Position numbers and translations under genes: made by a program. The notes under the pieces are model-generated. The model was not told the DNA's origin and searched no databases. It saw nothing but the letters and a program-made list of their open reading frames with translations. From Eledone cirrhosa (lineage: Eukaryota), in the NCBI GenBank assembly GCA_964016885.1, contig OZ024742.1, forward strand, positions 237,398,001 to 237,462,000: 64,000 bases of DNA, in the 5' to 3' direction. Positions 24,346 to 38,010 of the stretch are shown here, one piece after another (position 1 is the stretch's first letter; each line of letters starts with the position of its first letter).

Positions 24346-24440
24346 TATTTACTCCACTAATTTGTTGAGTGCTTTATATCAGTTATAACATTTTTTAAGC
24401 TTGTTGAATCCCAACAAATTAAATATAAAAATATAACCTC

Positions 24441-24488
<48 letters not shown>

Positions 24489-24716
24489 AATATAGATTCA
24501 GCAAGAATCGCATTTCGGCGGGTAGGAAAGGCGAAACGAAACGCAAAAATCAGAAATGACACTGGCAAAGTACTCAATAGTTAAAAACCAAAGCTAAACA
24601 GTATGTTAAGAAGCCATACAAAACTGAAAAAGTGGTCAAGAAAGCATCAACCACCTAAGCCAAAAAGCAAATCAAGCTAAACAGGTCAAAACAAAATAAA
24701 TGATAAAAATTAAATG

Positions 24717-24748
<32 letters not shown>

Positions 24749-25003
24749 ATGGGAATCCACAAGTGTGATTGATTGCGAAACGCTCGTCACATCTGAATAA
24801 ACATAATGATGATAAATTGATATTTCGTTCCTGCTCCTTATTAATTTTATTAACAATTCTGCTTCATAAGGAGAGCGACCACTGTGTAATACCAAACTTA
24901 GAATACCACATCGACAACCGGACCTATATTAGCATTCATTGCTCATTGCTCAAACTGGTGAACCAATAGTAACTAAACGTTACACATCAATAAACTATGT
25001 ATA

Positions 25004-27995
25004 TTCTTCTTCTTTTTGTATCTTTGAAGCATGTGGTTATATGACAGTTTCCCAATTCTTTACACAGTCCTTTGCATTATTATTAAATTCTGCGAGATCT
25101 TTTAAGCTGCACTGGTTGGCTAGTAGAGGGCAAACAAGGCAGTGCTGCATCCTATGGTCCTCCTCTCCGCATTCGCAGATGGTTGGGCCGGTCTTGTTGC
25201 CCCATCTGGCCATAGCAGCTTTTGATCGCCCCATTCCTGTTCTCAGGCGGTTGAGTGTCTTCCACTGGACCCATGGTGCTTCTGAGCCAGAAGGGGGGGA
25301 TTTCCCTGTCAATAGGATGGGAGTCATTCTCTAGATTTCTAGTCCATAGTTGTAGTCTGGTTTCTTCCTGAGATGTTGTTAGGGGCTGGACATGGCTGAG
25401 GAAGCTTCTCCTTGACTTCAGTCGTTGGGCCGGAGGTTCACGTCCGTGAAGGAGGTGGCGTTCATCACTGATAGCCTTTGTGATCTCTACTCGGCTGGCA
25501 GCTTCCCGTCTCACATCTGCAGGGGCAATGCCACCGAGGAGATGCAGGTTGTTCGGGTTGGTAGGCTTCAGGCAACCAGTGATCAAATGGCAGGTGTTGT
25601 TCAATGCTGGGTCTAGTTTACTGGCATGGGTTGATCTCTCCCAAACAGGACACCCGTACTTCGCAGAGGAATAGCACAGGGCCAAGGCAGTACATCTTAG
25701 TGTGTGTGCTGTGGCTCCCCATTTGGAGTTGGTCAGTTTCCGTTGGATGTTGTTCCGGGAGCTGACTTTCAATTTGGTGTTTTTGATGTGTTCCTTGAAT
25801 GAGAGGGTATGGTCCAGGGTTACGCCAAGGTAGACAGGATTGGTGCAGTTCTCAAGTGGTGTTCCTCACCATGTGATGTTAAGAGGTCGGTTGGCTTCCT
25901 GGTTCCTGAGATGGAACGAGCAGGTTTGAGTCTTCGCAGGGTTTGCGTGCAGGTGGTTGCTCTCGTAGTAGAGTAGCTCATCCAGGGCTGAGTTAAGGTT
26001 TGCTTCTACTGCTTCGAACGTACTCTCTTGGGATGTAACACAGAGGTTGTCAGCGTAGATGAACCGCTCAGTGTTCTGGTCCATTGGCTGGTCATTGGTG
26101 TAGATGTTACATAGTAGTGGAACCATCACACTACCTTGAGATAAGCCGTTCCTTTGTCGTCGCCAACGACCTTGCTTGTTGTTCAGGGTAACATAGAAGC
26201 GCCTGTCTTTCAAGAGGACTCCAATGAGGTCTGTGAGTGCCAGGTCTTTTTTGTGTGTGTGTGTGTTCACAGTATCGTATGCGGCCGACAGATCAACAAA
26301 GACGGTTCCTGTTACCAGTCCTTTCTGAAACCCATCTTCAATGTGCTGAGTGAGATTCAGGAGTTGGCTTCTTGTGGATTTGCCAGGTCGGAATCCAGTT
26401 TGTTGGGGGATGATGGCTGGTTCAACAACCGGGGCCAACCTACTGAGGATCAGGTGCTCGAAAAGCTTAAACGGGTGGCATAGCAGGGAGATTTGGCGGA
26501 AACTCTTTGCATGCGCTGGATATTTACCCGGTTTGAGAAGAGCAATAATTCATCAGCTCAAGGATCCATTTCCGTCTCAGAGGTCCAAAGTGCTTGATCT
26601 CCTCTGTGAAAATATTATCTAGGCCAATGGCTTTACCAGTCTTAAGGGCATTGATGCTGATATTGAGCTCTTCAAGCGAGAACGGCTTAGTCAGTCCGGT
26701 GGTTTGGGAGCACTGAAGTCGGTCTACCTTTGGTCTTGGTTGTTTGGTGGTGGATTTCCCATTGAGCAACAGCTGATATGCAACTTGGTTGGCGATGATG
26801 GTGTACTGCAGTTGTGTTGGAGTTGACGGGTCATTGCTGATTTTCCGGATTAGACTCCATGCCTTTTTACTGTTATTCGTTGTATCAGTTGTCTCCAACA
26901 GGTTTTGCCATTTCTGTTGGTAGCATTCTGATAGGGAGGTTATGAGTCCCTCACCTACTTCGATGGTACTTTCAGCAAAGGGGTCAGATTCATAGAGCTG
27001 GTGGTATTGCTGATATAGTTCGCTGCTTTGAGCATCGAGTCCAGGAATGTATTGAGTGCAGCTGCCTCTTGGGATGTTCTTCCGAGCTGATTGGTGCACA
27101 AACATGGTGAAGTTATTGTACTTTTTGGGGTCCACTGGGAGGTGGGCAATCTTCTTTTCAAGATCTTCTTGGAAGCCAGGCCAGTTCGCTTTCCCAAAGT
27201 TGAATCTTCTTCGGAATGGAGTTGTGGCTGGGGTGATTACAGGATTGACTGTAATGCCAATGGGGCGGTGTTGGGTTTTTGGCAGTGGCACCAGTACCAG
27301 CTTCTTGCTCAGTCCGGTGATGTTATGACTGACAAACACGATATCAGGATTGTAACCTGCTTTCCATCGTCCCCTGTTGAAGGACTTTGGTTGTTTGGCA
27401 TTGTGGATCAAATCAAGCTGGTTGCTTTCAGCCCACTGCATCTCCATCTGCATTGTTATTAGCATATCCCCATTGTGTGCTGTGGCTGTTGAAGTCTCCG
27501 ATCACAATCTTTGGTTTTCCAGATGATGGTATTTCTGCCATCACGAGAGGTGTCGGAGGTGGTTTGTAGACTGAGGTGATGGTAATTCCTCTGAGCTCAG
27601 CGGTTAGGACTTCGATGTTATTATCATCGTTCTTTGATGATGATTCGATAATTGTCCTATTTTTTGTTAGCATGATGCTTCCATATTTCTCATGTGGTCT
27701 TTCTATGAAGGCGGGGATGTTTAGGTCCACGGTGGGTTTCTTGTAGGCAGAGAATGTCACACTGATGCTCTCTGCAGAGTTTTGCAACAAGTTCTTCTTT
27801 AGTTGCAGATAGTCCTTCAATATTTAGAGATATGATGGTCAATGCTGGCCTTAGAGGCGGGCGTTGGACTCTCTCCATGCTCCGGACTGGTAGGCTACCG
27901 TCATTCGTTGAGCTTCTGGACATTGCTTGTCTTTCAGCTCGGCTTTGAAGTGTTTGGTAGAATTCACAAGTAAACGTGGGTATTACTTGACAGGG
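25004..27995 (-). mobile_element. Near full-length ~3-kb single-ORF LINE, Ingi/Vingi-like, frameshifted
   Basis: APE EN (SLNIEG, LCLQETH, GDFNSH), RT (QTGFRPG, FVDLSAAYDTV, QGSV, IYADN), YLGVTLD, C-terminal CxCG...HC..C; no RNase H; (GAA)n-like 3' tail. Confidence 0.85.
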
Positions 27996-28284
27996 ATCTA
28001 ATGGTAGTATATATTTTACGATGATAGAAACATTAAAAAGGATAAAAACAAAAAAATAATTTAAAAAGGGGAAGGAGTAAAGGGGCAGATTTGGCTGTAT
28101 AAGAAAGTAAAAGAAAGGATTATAAATGCCAAGAAAGAAAGGGGGAAGAGGAGAGAGAGCGACAGACTATACCTAGGTCAGAGTAGTGTTTCAGCTGTCC
28201 AAAATTACAAAGGCATTTCAGTGCAATATACATGATATATAGATATATACATAGAAACACATACATACACACGTGTACACACAT

Positions 28285-28668
28285 TTCTTCGCCCACTTAT
28301 TCCTGAGAGGGTTGTGGGGGTAGAGTCCTCAAACAATCCTTCTAGTGGATCCTGTCAGTAGCAACCGTCTCCAACATTCCGGCTGGATCCCCAAACAAGA
28401 CCAGCCAAGCTCATGGATGTTATCCAACCATCTTGCTCTGCCAGTTGGTTTTGCCCGTAAAATATGTCCAGCGATTTCTACCTGAGACATTCTAACTGCA
28501 TGTGCATAGAATAGGAGCTGTGATCTCTCAATTCGGAGAAGTAGCGGCTCTATTTGGAGTGACACTCTGATTTCTGAGCTATGCACTCTATCGAGTAGCG
28601 TTATTTCAAAGACCCTTCAGAGGGACATCGTTTCGGCCGCTTGTATTCGAGAATGTATTCTTTCGGTG
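28285..28668 (-). mobile_element. RTE (second family) 3' fragment
   Basis: IEPLLLRIERSQLLFYAHAVRM...KPTGRARWLDNI. Confidence 0.8.
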
Positions 28669-28878
28669 CCTGTCAAAATTTACACAGGCACATACAAAAC
28701 ATTTCCTATTTCAATTATGTTACTACAATAAGAATTTCACCTTCCAGTCGCACAGTCCTGGGTTCTAACCCAACATTTGTTCCTGTAAATAGTTACTTCT
28801 CCTAAGTTATACATTTAATCCTTAAGTCATTTGTATCTATATGCTGAATACTTTTAGAATATCATTATCTTTAATCAC

Positions 28879-28989
28879 AGTTCAAATCCCGCCGAGGTTA
28901 ACTTTGCCTTTCATCCTTACGGGGTCGACAAAATAAAGTACCAGTAATACACTGGGTAATTGCTGGCCTTATGCCAAAAAGTAGAAACA
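28879..28989 (+). mobile_element. 5'-truncated SINE family A with 15-bp TSD
   Basis: ATTATCTTTAATCAC at 28864-28878 and 28990-29004. Confidence 0.85.
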
Positions 28990-29196
28990 ATTATCTTTAA
29001 TCACTTCCAAGTGTTAGTTAAGATTTTTTTATGCAAACCATTCCAGTAATCCTGGTATATATGACTTGGACTCCAAAACTTAAATATGTTCAATGCTGTT
29101 ATGATTATTGCTGGCACTGGTTCACTAGTTCCAATATATTGAATAAAAGAAATCAGTAAAAAATATCATTATTTTATTCTTTTTTTCTATTGTTAG

Positions 29197-29290
29197 CGCC
29201 TAACAGGGCATCTATTTTCAAAGAACAACACTCCTTATGTTATTAACCTTGATCCAGCTGTACTTGAAGTCTCATTTCCTGCAAATATTG
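29197..29290 (+). CDS. GPN1: GPN1 coding exon 2
   Basis: [31 protein letters not shown]; TAG| acceptor, |GTAAGT donor. Confidence 0.95.
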
Positions 29291-30534
29291 GTAAGTTGCC
29301 TTGTAGCTAATAAATTTTGTTATTTCAGGGTGAATAAGGGCAGTAGATTGGCATTATTGGTAGATCATTGAACAAAATTCTTTGCTGCATTTAATTATGA
29401 CTTTGTATGTTCTAAGTTCAAATTCTGCTGAGGTCAACTTTGCTTTTCATCCTTTCACCATCTATAAAATAAGTACCATTTAAGTACTGGGGTCAATATT
29501 ATCAATGTTTCCATTCCTCAACTTATTGGCCTTGTGCCAGTGATCAACTTAATTCCTCTCCCTTCTTACAAAAATGACTGTTAGAGTTTGGTATTTTAAT
29601 GGCTTGTGAGGGAATTTGGTAGACAGAAACTGTATGAAGACCATTGCTAGTATGATATGAAGACCATACAGAAACTGTATGAAGACCAATATGACAAAAA
29701 TTACACAACTCAGGTTAAAACAACAATGTAAATTGATCACTGATTCTGTGTTGGCAGAATGGAATACAGGAATGTGATATTGGAGTAAAGTCAAATATTG
29801 TTGGTAATGGAATACTTAGATGGCAAGGTTCAAAGCATTAATGATATAGTGCATCATGATAATCTCAGCAAATCTACTCTCAATCACAGAATGGATAACA
29901 GCAAGTCATTGTATAATGGCTAGAGGTTATCAGTTTAAATTTTCTTAGAATTGACCAAGAAACCACTTCAATGTATCCTGTAATGAATCACTTCATTATC
30001 ATCATCATTATTTTACATCCACTATCTATGCTGGAATGGGTTGGATAGGTTGTCACAGTCTTAGACCAGAAGAGTTGCAGTGACCTCATCTTGCATATTT
30101 GCTATGGTTTCTATGGCTGGATACCCTTCTTAACATCAATCACCTTGCAGGATGTACTGGCTGTGGTTTTTGTGGCATCACCACTACTACATTACAGAGT
30201 GTACTTGATGCATTTTTCCGTGGCACCAACAATACCACTTTACAGAGTGTTCTGGTAGCATTTTGTCATGGCCCCAACATTAACATTTTATAGGATGTAG
30301 TGGGTACATTTATTGTGGCACCTGCACTAGAGATGTTGCCACATGCTTGTTCAGGTTAAAAAATAATTTAACAAATATTGTATTTAATACAGAGTACTCC
30401 TTACATTATTACACTTTCATAACCACTATATATGGAGATAAAGTCTTCAGTACTGCTTCAGTGGCCCAATAAACTATGAATTAGATGTTTTACATCTGTT
30501 TTTAGTGGAATTCCATTCACATGTAGAGTGCACT

Positions 30535-31190
30535 GTGCAGGCTTCCTTGAGAGGATGAGTGTCTCAGTTTTTGCAGTGAATAGAGTTCCACTGAAGCAGG
30601 TGGAGAAGTTCAAGTATCTTGGGGCTGTGTTCATGAGTGACGGAAGGCAGGAGGCTTAATTTAGTGCAAGAACTGTAGGAGTTGGTGCAGTAATGTGCCA
30701 GCTTCAGCATTCAGTAATCAGAAGAAGGGAGGTAGGTGTAAAAGCCAAACTTGCTATCTTCAATTCGGCTTTTGTGCCAACTCTTACCTATGGTCATGAA
30801 TCTTGGGTAATGACCGAAAGAATACGATCGCGAATACAAGTGGCTGAAATAGGATTCCTCCAAAGGGCTTTGGAGTAACGTTACTCGTTAAAGTGCGTAA
30901 CTTCTCCGAAATGAGAGGTCACAGCTCCGATACTATGGACATGTGGTTAGAATGTCTCAGGAAAGAATCGGTGGACAGATTTTATGGGCAAAACCAACTG
31001 ACAAGAGACCCGGGAGGCAGACCCCGAACAAGATTGTTAGATAACAGCTATGAGCTTGGCTGGTCACACTTAGGTATCCAGCTGGATCAGTTGGAGATGG
31101 TTGCTTCTGACAGGACCCAGTGGAAGGAGTTTTTAAGGACTCTGCCCCAACTACCCTCTCAGGAACAAGTGGGCAAAGAAAAAGACATCT
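30535..31190 (+). mobile_element. RTE (second family) 3' fragment
   Basis: KQVEKFKYLG...PTLTYGHESWVMTERIRSRIQ...GRPRTR. Confidence 0.8.
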
Positions 31191-31730
31191 CTTTTTATAT
31201 GCTTGTTTTGGTTGGATGAAACCTGGAGCTTTGGACACCAGTCTGTTACACCCAGCTGCTGTTGTTGGTGGTACTTATTTTCAGCTGAGTGAACTTAACA
31301 TAAAATAAAGTGCCTTGCTTAAGGTCACAATCCACCTCCCCATCTGAGAATCAAACACACAACCTTATGATCATTAATCCAATACTCTAACCACTATGCC
31401 ATGTGACTTTGCTACCAAAATAAAGCCATCACTCACAATCGAGTATGTCTTGGTAGAATGTATCATGCTTTTGCTAAGGGTTTGCTATGTGAAAGTTGGA
31501 AGGAAAGAGGCCTGCACCAGCACTGGGCTGGTACTTTCTTTACAAATTACTAAATGATGAAAGGCACAGCAGATCTTGTTGAGATTTGAATTCAGAATGC
31601 AGAAACCCAGAATAAAAATCCAATGCTCTAATGACCTACCCAAATCAACTGCTTTATCTTCACTACCAACAGTCTATGAAATTTTCTTTATCAGTTTTTT
31701 ATCTTATTTTATTTGTTGTTCTATTTTCAG

Positions 31731-31770
31731 ATATCCGAGACACTGTGAACTACAAAGAAGTAATGAAACA
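31731..31770 (+). CDS. GPN1: GPN1 coding exon 3
   Basis: DIRDTVNYKEVMKQ; CAG| acceptor; followed by the U12-type donor GTATCCTTT. Confidence 0.95.
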
Positions 31771-33510
31771 GTATCCTTTGTTTTGTAATTTTCACTATTA
31801 TGCTAAACCCTTTTGATGCCAAAACAAATTTGCTTGGGTTAAAGGATTCATAATCAATTCTTTCTAACATTGGCACAAAAGTAGCAGTTTTGAGGGAAGG
31901 GGAAAGTCGATTACATTGATCCCAGTATTCAACTTCTACTTTTATTATATCAACCCTGCAAGGGCGAAGGCAGTGCATGCGTTATAGAATCTTGAGTTGA
32001 TCAATTGCGTCGGTTGAAGCAAGCAGAATTTTGGCTGCTTACTAAATCGTAGACACATAAAAAGATAACACACGCACACACACACATACACACGACAGCG
32101 TTGGTTGAAGCAAGCAGCTTGCTAAATCGTAGACACAAAAAGATAACACACACATACTAGAAAACACTACATGTGGCTTTGACCAGGAGGATAATTTAGA
32201 AGGAATTGGGAGGTGGGGGGGTAAGACTGCACAGCCCCACTTTCCGCCATGGCGATTGGACTGCATGCCCTGCTTTCCAGGTTACCCTTCGCCACTGCAA
32301 CCCTGGTAGGATGAAAGGCAAAGTTAACCTTGGTGGGATTTGAGCTCGGAATGTAAAGAGCCAAAAGGATTTTGTTCAATGCTCTAAATTCTACCAATCC
32401 ACCACTCTAAAATGTCTGTAATAAAACTTTCTATTGCAATTTTTATGTAGAGATATTTTGTTTGCTTCAAACATTGTACTAATAATGAGAAAGTTACTTA
32501 TTTTACTAAATTCTTCTAAATTTTCGATTATTTTCGTTAGAAATTAGTAAAAAAAAATGGTTAATTTAATCATTTGATACTTACTCATCTGACACCATCA
32601 CTGCTACTTTGTTACAATACTGTCTGTTTTATAGGGTTCATCATGATCATCATCATTTAACGTCCATTTTTCCATGTAGGCATGAGTTGGATATGTCATT
32701 ACTGACCATGTTACTACTTAATTGAAGCTACAGTTGTCCTAAAGGGATCATAGGTAACATCTCACATACATTCTGGTTTTGTTGTTTCTACAGATAGTAG
32801 TCCTTCCCATCACCAACCATTTTACAGAGTGTACTGGGTGCATTTTATTGTAGCACTGGCAGTAGGGTGTGTCACATGTCCTTAAAACAACTGAAGAGTC
32901 CTCTCAATCTATTTAAATAAATACGTTTGCCATAACACACTTTACTTTTAATAATGAAAAGAAAGTGACATCTATTTAGTAGAATAACATGTTTTCAAAC
33001 GAAGATAAAGACACCATAATATTTAGAAGTTATGCTGTTGATTTCTTATTTTAAAGATATATTTTTTTATGTTATTTCAGAATAGGTACACTATATCTCT
33101 GTATTGTAAAAGACTAGTGTCAAGAAGGGTTGTAAAGCATTGTCTTTAAAAGAACCCCATGATGAGCTTCATTAAATTTACCATGGGGCTTGCATGGTTG
33201 ATTCATGCTTTAGCAAAGTAAAAGGGTGTGTGTCCTTTAGAAGGGAGTGAATTCATCTTTTCTTTCTATGTAAAGTTTTGTGTAGTGAGTTAGCTACAGA
33301 GTTATGTCACTCATCTGATTAGTTTTCTGTGTTTATCATTGTCCTTTTACCTAAAGTGGCTTTAGACTCTACCCCACTGCACAACCTTGAGCAAGTATCT
33401 TCTATAGCTTCTGGTCAGATGATTGCTTGTGAAGGAAATTGGTTGACGGAAACTATAAAAAAAAAATCCATGGTGGGTGTATCATCATCATCATCTTTGT
33501 TTAATGTCTA

Positions 33511-33541
<31 letters not shown>

Positions 33542-36401
33542 CATCATCATCATCATCATCAACGTTTAACGTCCGTGTTCCAAGCTTGCATGGGTTTGGA
33601 TGGGGGTATTCCCACTTGAGGCAAGAGTGATTGTCTTGCTCGCATAGGACTGTCTGGCAGGTTTTCTACAGTTGGATGCCCTTCCTAACACCAACCACAT
33701 TTACAGTGTGGGACTGGGAGGTTTTTACTGTGTTGCCTACACGGCCACATTACAGCGTGGACTGTGTGTTTTTTTGTCGTGACACCTACACGATCTCATT
33801 TGTTTCGGCCTAGATGTTGTGGCACCAACATAACTTTACATAGGAGGGGGTGGTGTGGATGGGGTGTGGGTGGTGGGACGGGGGTGTATTTTGTTAGAGA
33901 TGCCTACTGGCTGTAGTAGGTTTTACTATGTATTTAGGTAAGGCGGGTCTTCTCTATTACTGAGTACCGCCAAAGGTCTCGGTCCAGTGACATTGTCTTG
34001 GTGAGGTGTAAGTGTGTGAGGTCGGAGTTTATCAGCTCATCCCAGGTTTTTCTGGGTCTGCCTATTCCGTGGCTACCGTCTATCTTTATTGCCCTGCACT
34101 TTGTTATACAGCTATCGTCCTTCATGCGCATCACGTGACCATACCAACGTAGCCTTCTCTCGAGTAGACAACATCTGATCCCTCTTATTTCTAATTTTTT
34201 CCTTAGTTCGTTTATGCTTTGTCGTTCACGTATATTACTATTACACATCCAGCGGAGCATGCAAGCTTCGTTTCTCTCTAGTCTGCGTATATCTTCTGCA
34301 CACAATGCCCAGGTTTCACTGCCATGCAACATTGCTGTTCGTATGCAGGCATCGTACAACCTGCCTTTCATTTTTAGGGAGAACCCTTTAGCGGCTAATA
34401 GTGGTATAAGCTCTCTGAACTTTTTCCACCCAGTTCTGACTCTAGCTACTGTACTTTCAGAGCACCCTCCCCCACTGCTGATTTTGTCACCCAGGTAACG
34501 GAAGCTGTCCACTATTTCTATAGAACCCTCTGCGCAGCTGAAAGAGCTAGTATTTTGTGGGCACTTGCTGCTACTTATTGCGCCGGAACACCGGCCACAT
34601 GTAAAATCTATGTTCTTAGTTAGCTTACCTGTGATCCCACTACATCTTTTATGCACCCAAACTTTGCATTTGGGACACAAAATGGAGTTTCTACCTACGC
34701 CTTTCCTACACTCTGCGCATGGCCACTTCCCGGAGGGGACCGCCGCCTTATTTTCTTTCTTACAAACTAGAACTTTAGTCTTAGCCAGGTTAATTTTAAG
34801 GCCTTTTGATTCTAGGCCGTGCTTCCATGTTTGGAATTTCTTCTCTAGCTCGGCCATTGATTCAGCTATGAGCGTTAGATCATCTGCGTATAGGAGTTCC
34901 CATGGGCAGCCGGTCTTGAATTCCACTGTTATAGCCTGGAGGGCAATAATAAATAGTAGGGGGCTAAGAACAGATCCCTGATGAACACCAACTTTTACAC
35001 TAAACTCTTCACTATATTCGTTGTTAATTCTAACCTTGCTGACTGTTTCTTTATACATGGCTTGTATAGCTCTCACAAGCCATTCATCGACACCTAGTTT
35101 TCTAAGAGCCCACCAGATAATGGAACGGGGGACTCTGTCGAAGGCCTTCTCCAAGTCGACGAAAGCTAAGTATAGGGGTTTACTTTTAGCTAGGTACTTC
35201 TCCTGTAGTTGTCGTACAATGAAAAGAGCGTCTGTGGTACTTTTTCCTGACACAAACCCGAACTGCATTTCATCTAGATCAATTTGCTCTCGGATTAGTT
35301 ACGCTATTACTTTTTCCGTGACCTTCATGACCTGGTCGATTAATTTAATGCCTCTATAGTTACTCCTATCTAGGGCATCTCCTTTACCCTTATAACAGTT
35401 AACGATGATGCTGCTACGCCAGTCCTTCGGAACAACCCCATTCTGTATGACTTGGTTGACTATCCGGGTGACCATGGTGTGTCCCACCGTACCAGATGCC
35501 TTCAGCATCTCGGCAACTATTTCCGAAGGCCCAGCCGCCTTGCCTGTCTTCATATCTTTGATTGCCTTACTTATTATACTACCCTCGACTAACACTGCTG
35601 GTCCCTCTATTGGGTCGATGTGGGGGAGACTGTCTTTCTCCCATTTATTCTCCTCATTTAGTAGCCTTTCATAGTGACACTTCCAAGCTACCTTCTTATC
35701 GGCGTCGGTGATGGCAAGTACGCCGTCATCGTTAAGTACACACTTCTCCCCGACAATATCACTGTTCTCCTTGACACATTGCCTAGCAATCCTGAACACC
35801 TCACGTTTTTGGTCCTCACGTTGTAGAACATGCTTGAACTTTCTTTCCTCTGCTTCCCTTCTTGTGAAGTACACTTGTCTCCTAGCTTCCCTCCTGGCCA
35901 CTTGATAGTCTTCTCTGCTTCCCCCATCCCGCCATACTTTCCAAGCCTGCTTTTTGGCCTTAATTGACCCCTCCACCTTACTGTTCCACCACCATGTTAC
36001 TCTCCTCCTGCCTACAGGCCTGCTCCAGCCACAGACTTCGTTTGTCGCCGTCAGCAGGTTTGCTTTCAGAAATTCCCACTGTTCCTCTACCTTGTACGAC
36101 TCTAATTGCTCTTCCTTACTGTCGAAAGCATCAAGTAATATGCTTTGGAATTTATTTTTGGCTGTGGGGTCCTTTAGCTTCCATATTTTTCTCCTGAGGA
36201 TAGTCCTCTTCTGTTGTCTAGTACGTCTCGTCCTGACTATTAGGTCGCTAATTATCAGTCTATGTTGGGAGGTGCATTCTTCATGGGGGAGGGATTTAGT
36301 GTTTACAACAGTCACTTTGTCACGTCTTCTGGTAAGGATATAATCTACCTGGCTGGTATGTTCCCCTGATCTGTAGGTGATCAAGTGATTGTCTCGTTTT
36401 T

Positions 36402-36437
<36 letters not shown>

Positions 36438-37118
36438 TTTACGTAATTGTATTTAGCTGGTAGGTAAACTGTATCCCTGCGTGTTGTAAGAAGTGACTAA
36501 AAGGGTTGGTATCAGGAAGGGCATCTGGCTGTAAAACATTTCCTCAAAACGTCTTGTGCAACCTATGTCAGCATGGAAAAGTCAACTTTAAAACAATGAT
36601 ATGATAATAATTTTGTCTTGCTGTGAGTATTTTAAACTGTGACCATATCAGGATTGTATATATGTATTTTGGCTTTGTTAATCCTTGTCAGTGCTGTTGC
36701 ACTGATACTCTGGTAGCTGCAATCATATCACAGCTTAAAATACAGGGAGACTATATGTATGTTTATTATACATGATCATGAGGGTGGTTGATTTGTGGAA
36801 TTGTTTGAGTGTCAAACAAAAGGCTTCATGGCATTTAGTAACAGCGCTTTATATTTTATGTTCAAATTTAGCTGAGGTCAACTTTGCCTTTCATTCTTCT
36901 GAGGTTGATAAAATAAAGTACCAATATTAGGTTCGGTATTATAAACTTTCCCCTTACCCCAATAATTGCTGACCTTGTTTTTAAATTACAAACCATTGTA
37001 CTTGAATATATTGTATATGGGTTCATATATACCTTTAATCTGAATTACACTGTGTAAATATTATTGGTAAATTATAAATAATTAATTTCTGAATCTATTC
37101 TTCCTTACCTAACACTAG
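31771..37118 (+). other. GPN1: U12-type (minor spliceosome) GT-AG intron of GPN1
   Basis: 5' site GTATCCTTT; branch-site-like TTCCTTAC at 37101-37108, ~10 nt before the AG, with no polypyrimidine tract between them. Confidence 0.88.
33541..36397 (-). mobile_element. Young 5'-truncated RTE LINE within GPN1 intron 3
   Basis: ORFs 35299-36438 and 33934-35268 are in the same frame, separated by one stop; RT motifs QFGF, FVDLEKAFD, VHQGSVLSPLLF, LYADD; internal Cys-rich finger; (GAT)n tail; (TA)n at both flanks. Confidence 0.95.
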
Positions 37119-37185
37119 ATACCAACTGGGACCAAATGGAGGCATTATCACTTCACTAAATCTTTTTGCTACTCGTTTTGATCAA
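37119..37185 (+). CDS. GPN1: GPN1 coding exon 4 (GPN loop)
   Basis: [22 protein letters not shown]; |GTAAG donor. Confidence 0.96.
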
Positions 37186-37701
37186 GTAAGGATTTTTACC
37201 ATTAAATTTAAAAAAAAAATCTGTTATATACATATTTTCAATAGAATTAAATGCATGCAAATGCAGTGCTCTCCAGGCAATGTTTCATCTAGTCAATGTA
37301 TACAAATGTATGAAAAGGGAAAACTACATTTTTCATGTGTGAATGATTCAAACTTGCACTGACACATTTGATTTGATAAGCTTTTTATTTTAACACCTGT
37401 CTCCAAGATGGGTGTTGTGGAGTTCTCACAGAAAATGAGTAATTTATGATTTTTGATGATCATATTCGTTCAAAAACATAAATTTCACCTTCAAAATTCT
37501 AACCAAACCAATCAACTAACTACCCTTAAAATTAAAATTTTTTTACTGTTTCAAGTTTCAGAGACAGGTGTAATAATAAAATTTTATCTTCAATTTTGCA
37601 GTATATTTTATTTAATATTTATTCTCTACAGGACAGACACACAGATATTGAGTTTTCTGTATATAGATAATATCAAACTACTCATCTATTTTATTCTATA
37701 G

Positions 37702-37739
37702 GTAATGAAATTTATTGAGAAACGATCAAAGGAATGCAA
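37702..37739 (+). CDS. GPN1: GPN1 coding exon 5
   Basis: VMKFIEKRSKECK; TAG| and |GTATGT; phase joins with exon 6. Confidence 0.9.
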
Positions 37740-37924
37740 GTATGTATATTTTTTATTGTTTAAGTCTTGGTTCTATGATACAAAACTGTTTATCTTCCAT
37801 CGTAATGTTATAAAAAAACCTTTAAGTTATGTTTCAAACACAAACTTAATAAGGCCAGCAATTATCCCAGTGCATTACTGGTACTTTATTTTATTGATCC
37901 CCGTAAGGATGAAAGGCAAAGTTT

Positions 37925-38010
37925 ACTAAATTATATTACTAAATTATATTACTAAATTATATTACTAAATTATATTACTAAATTATATTACTAAATTATA
38001 TTACTAAATT
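37925..38010. repeat. 13-bp tandem repeat (ACTAAATTATATT) x ~6.6
   Basis: Perfect repeats abutting a SINE tail; a single copy lies at the other SINE flank (38341). Confidence 0.9.
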
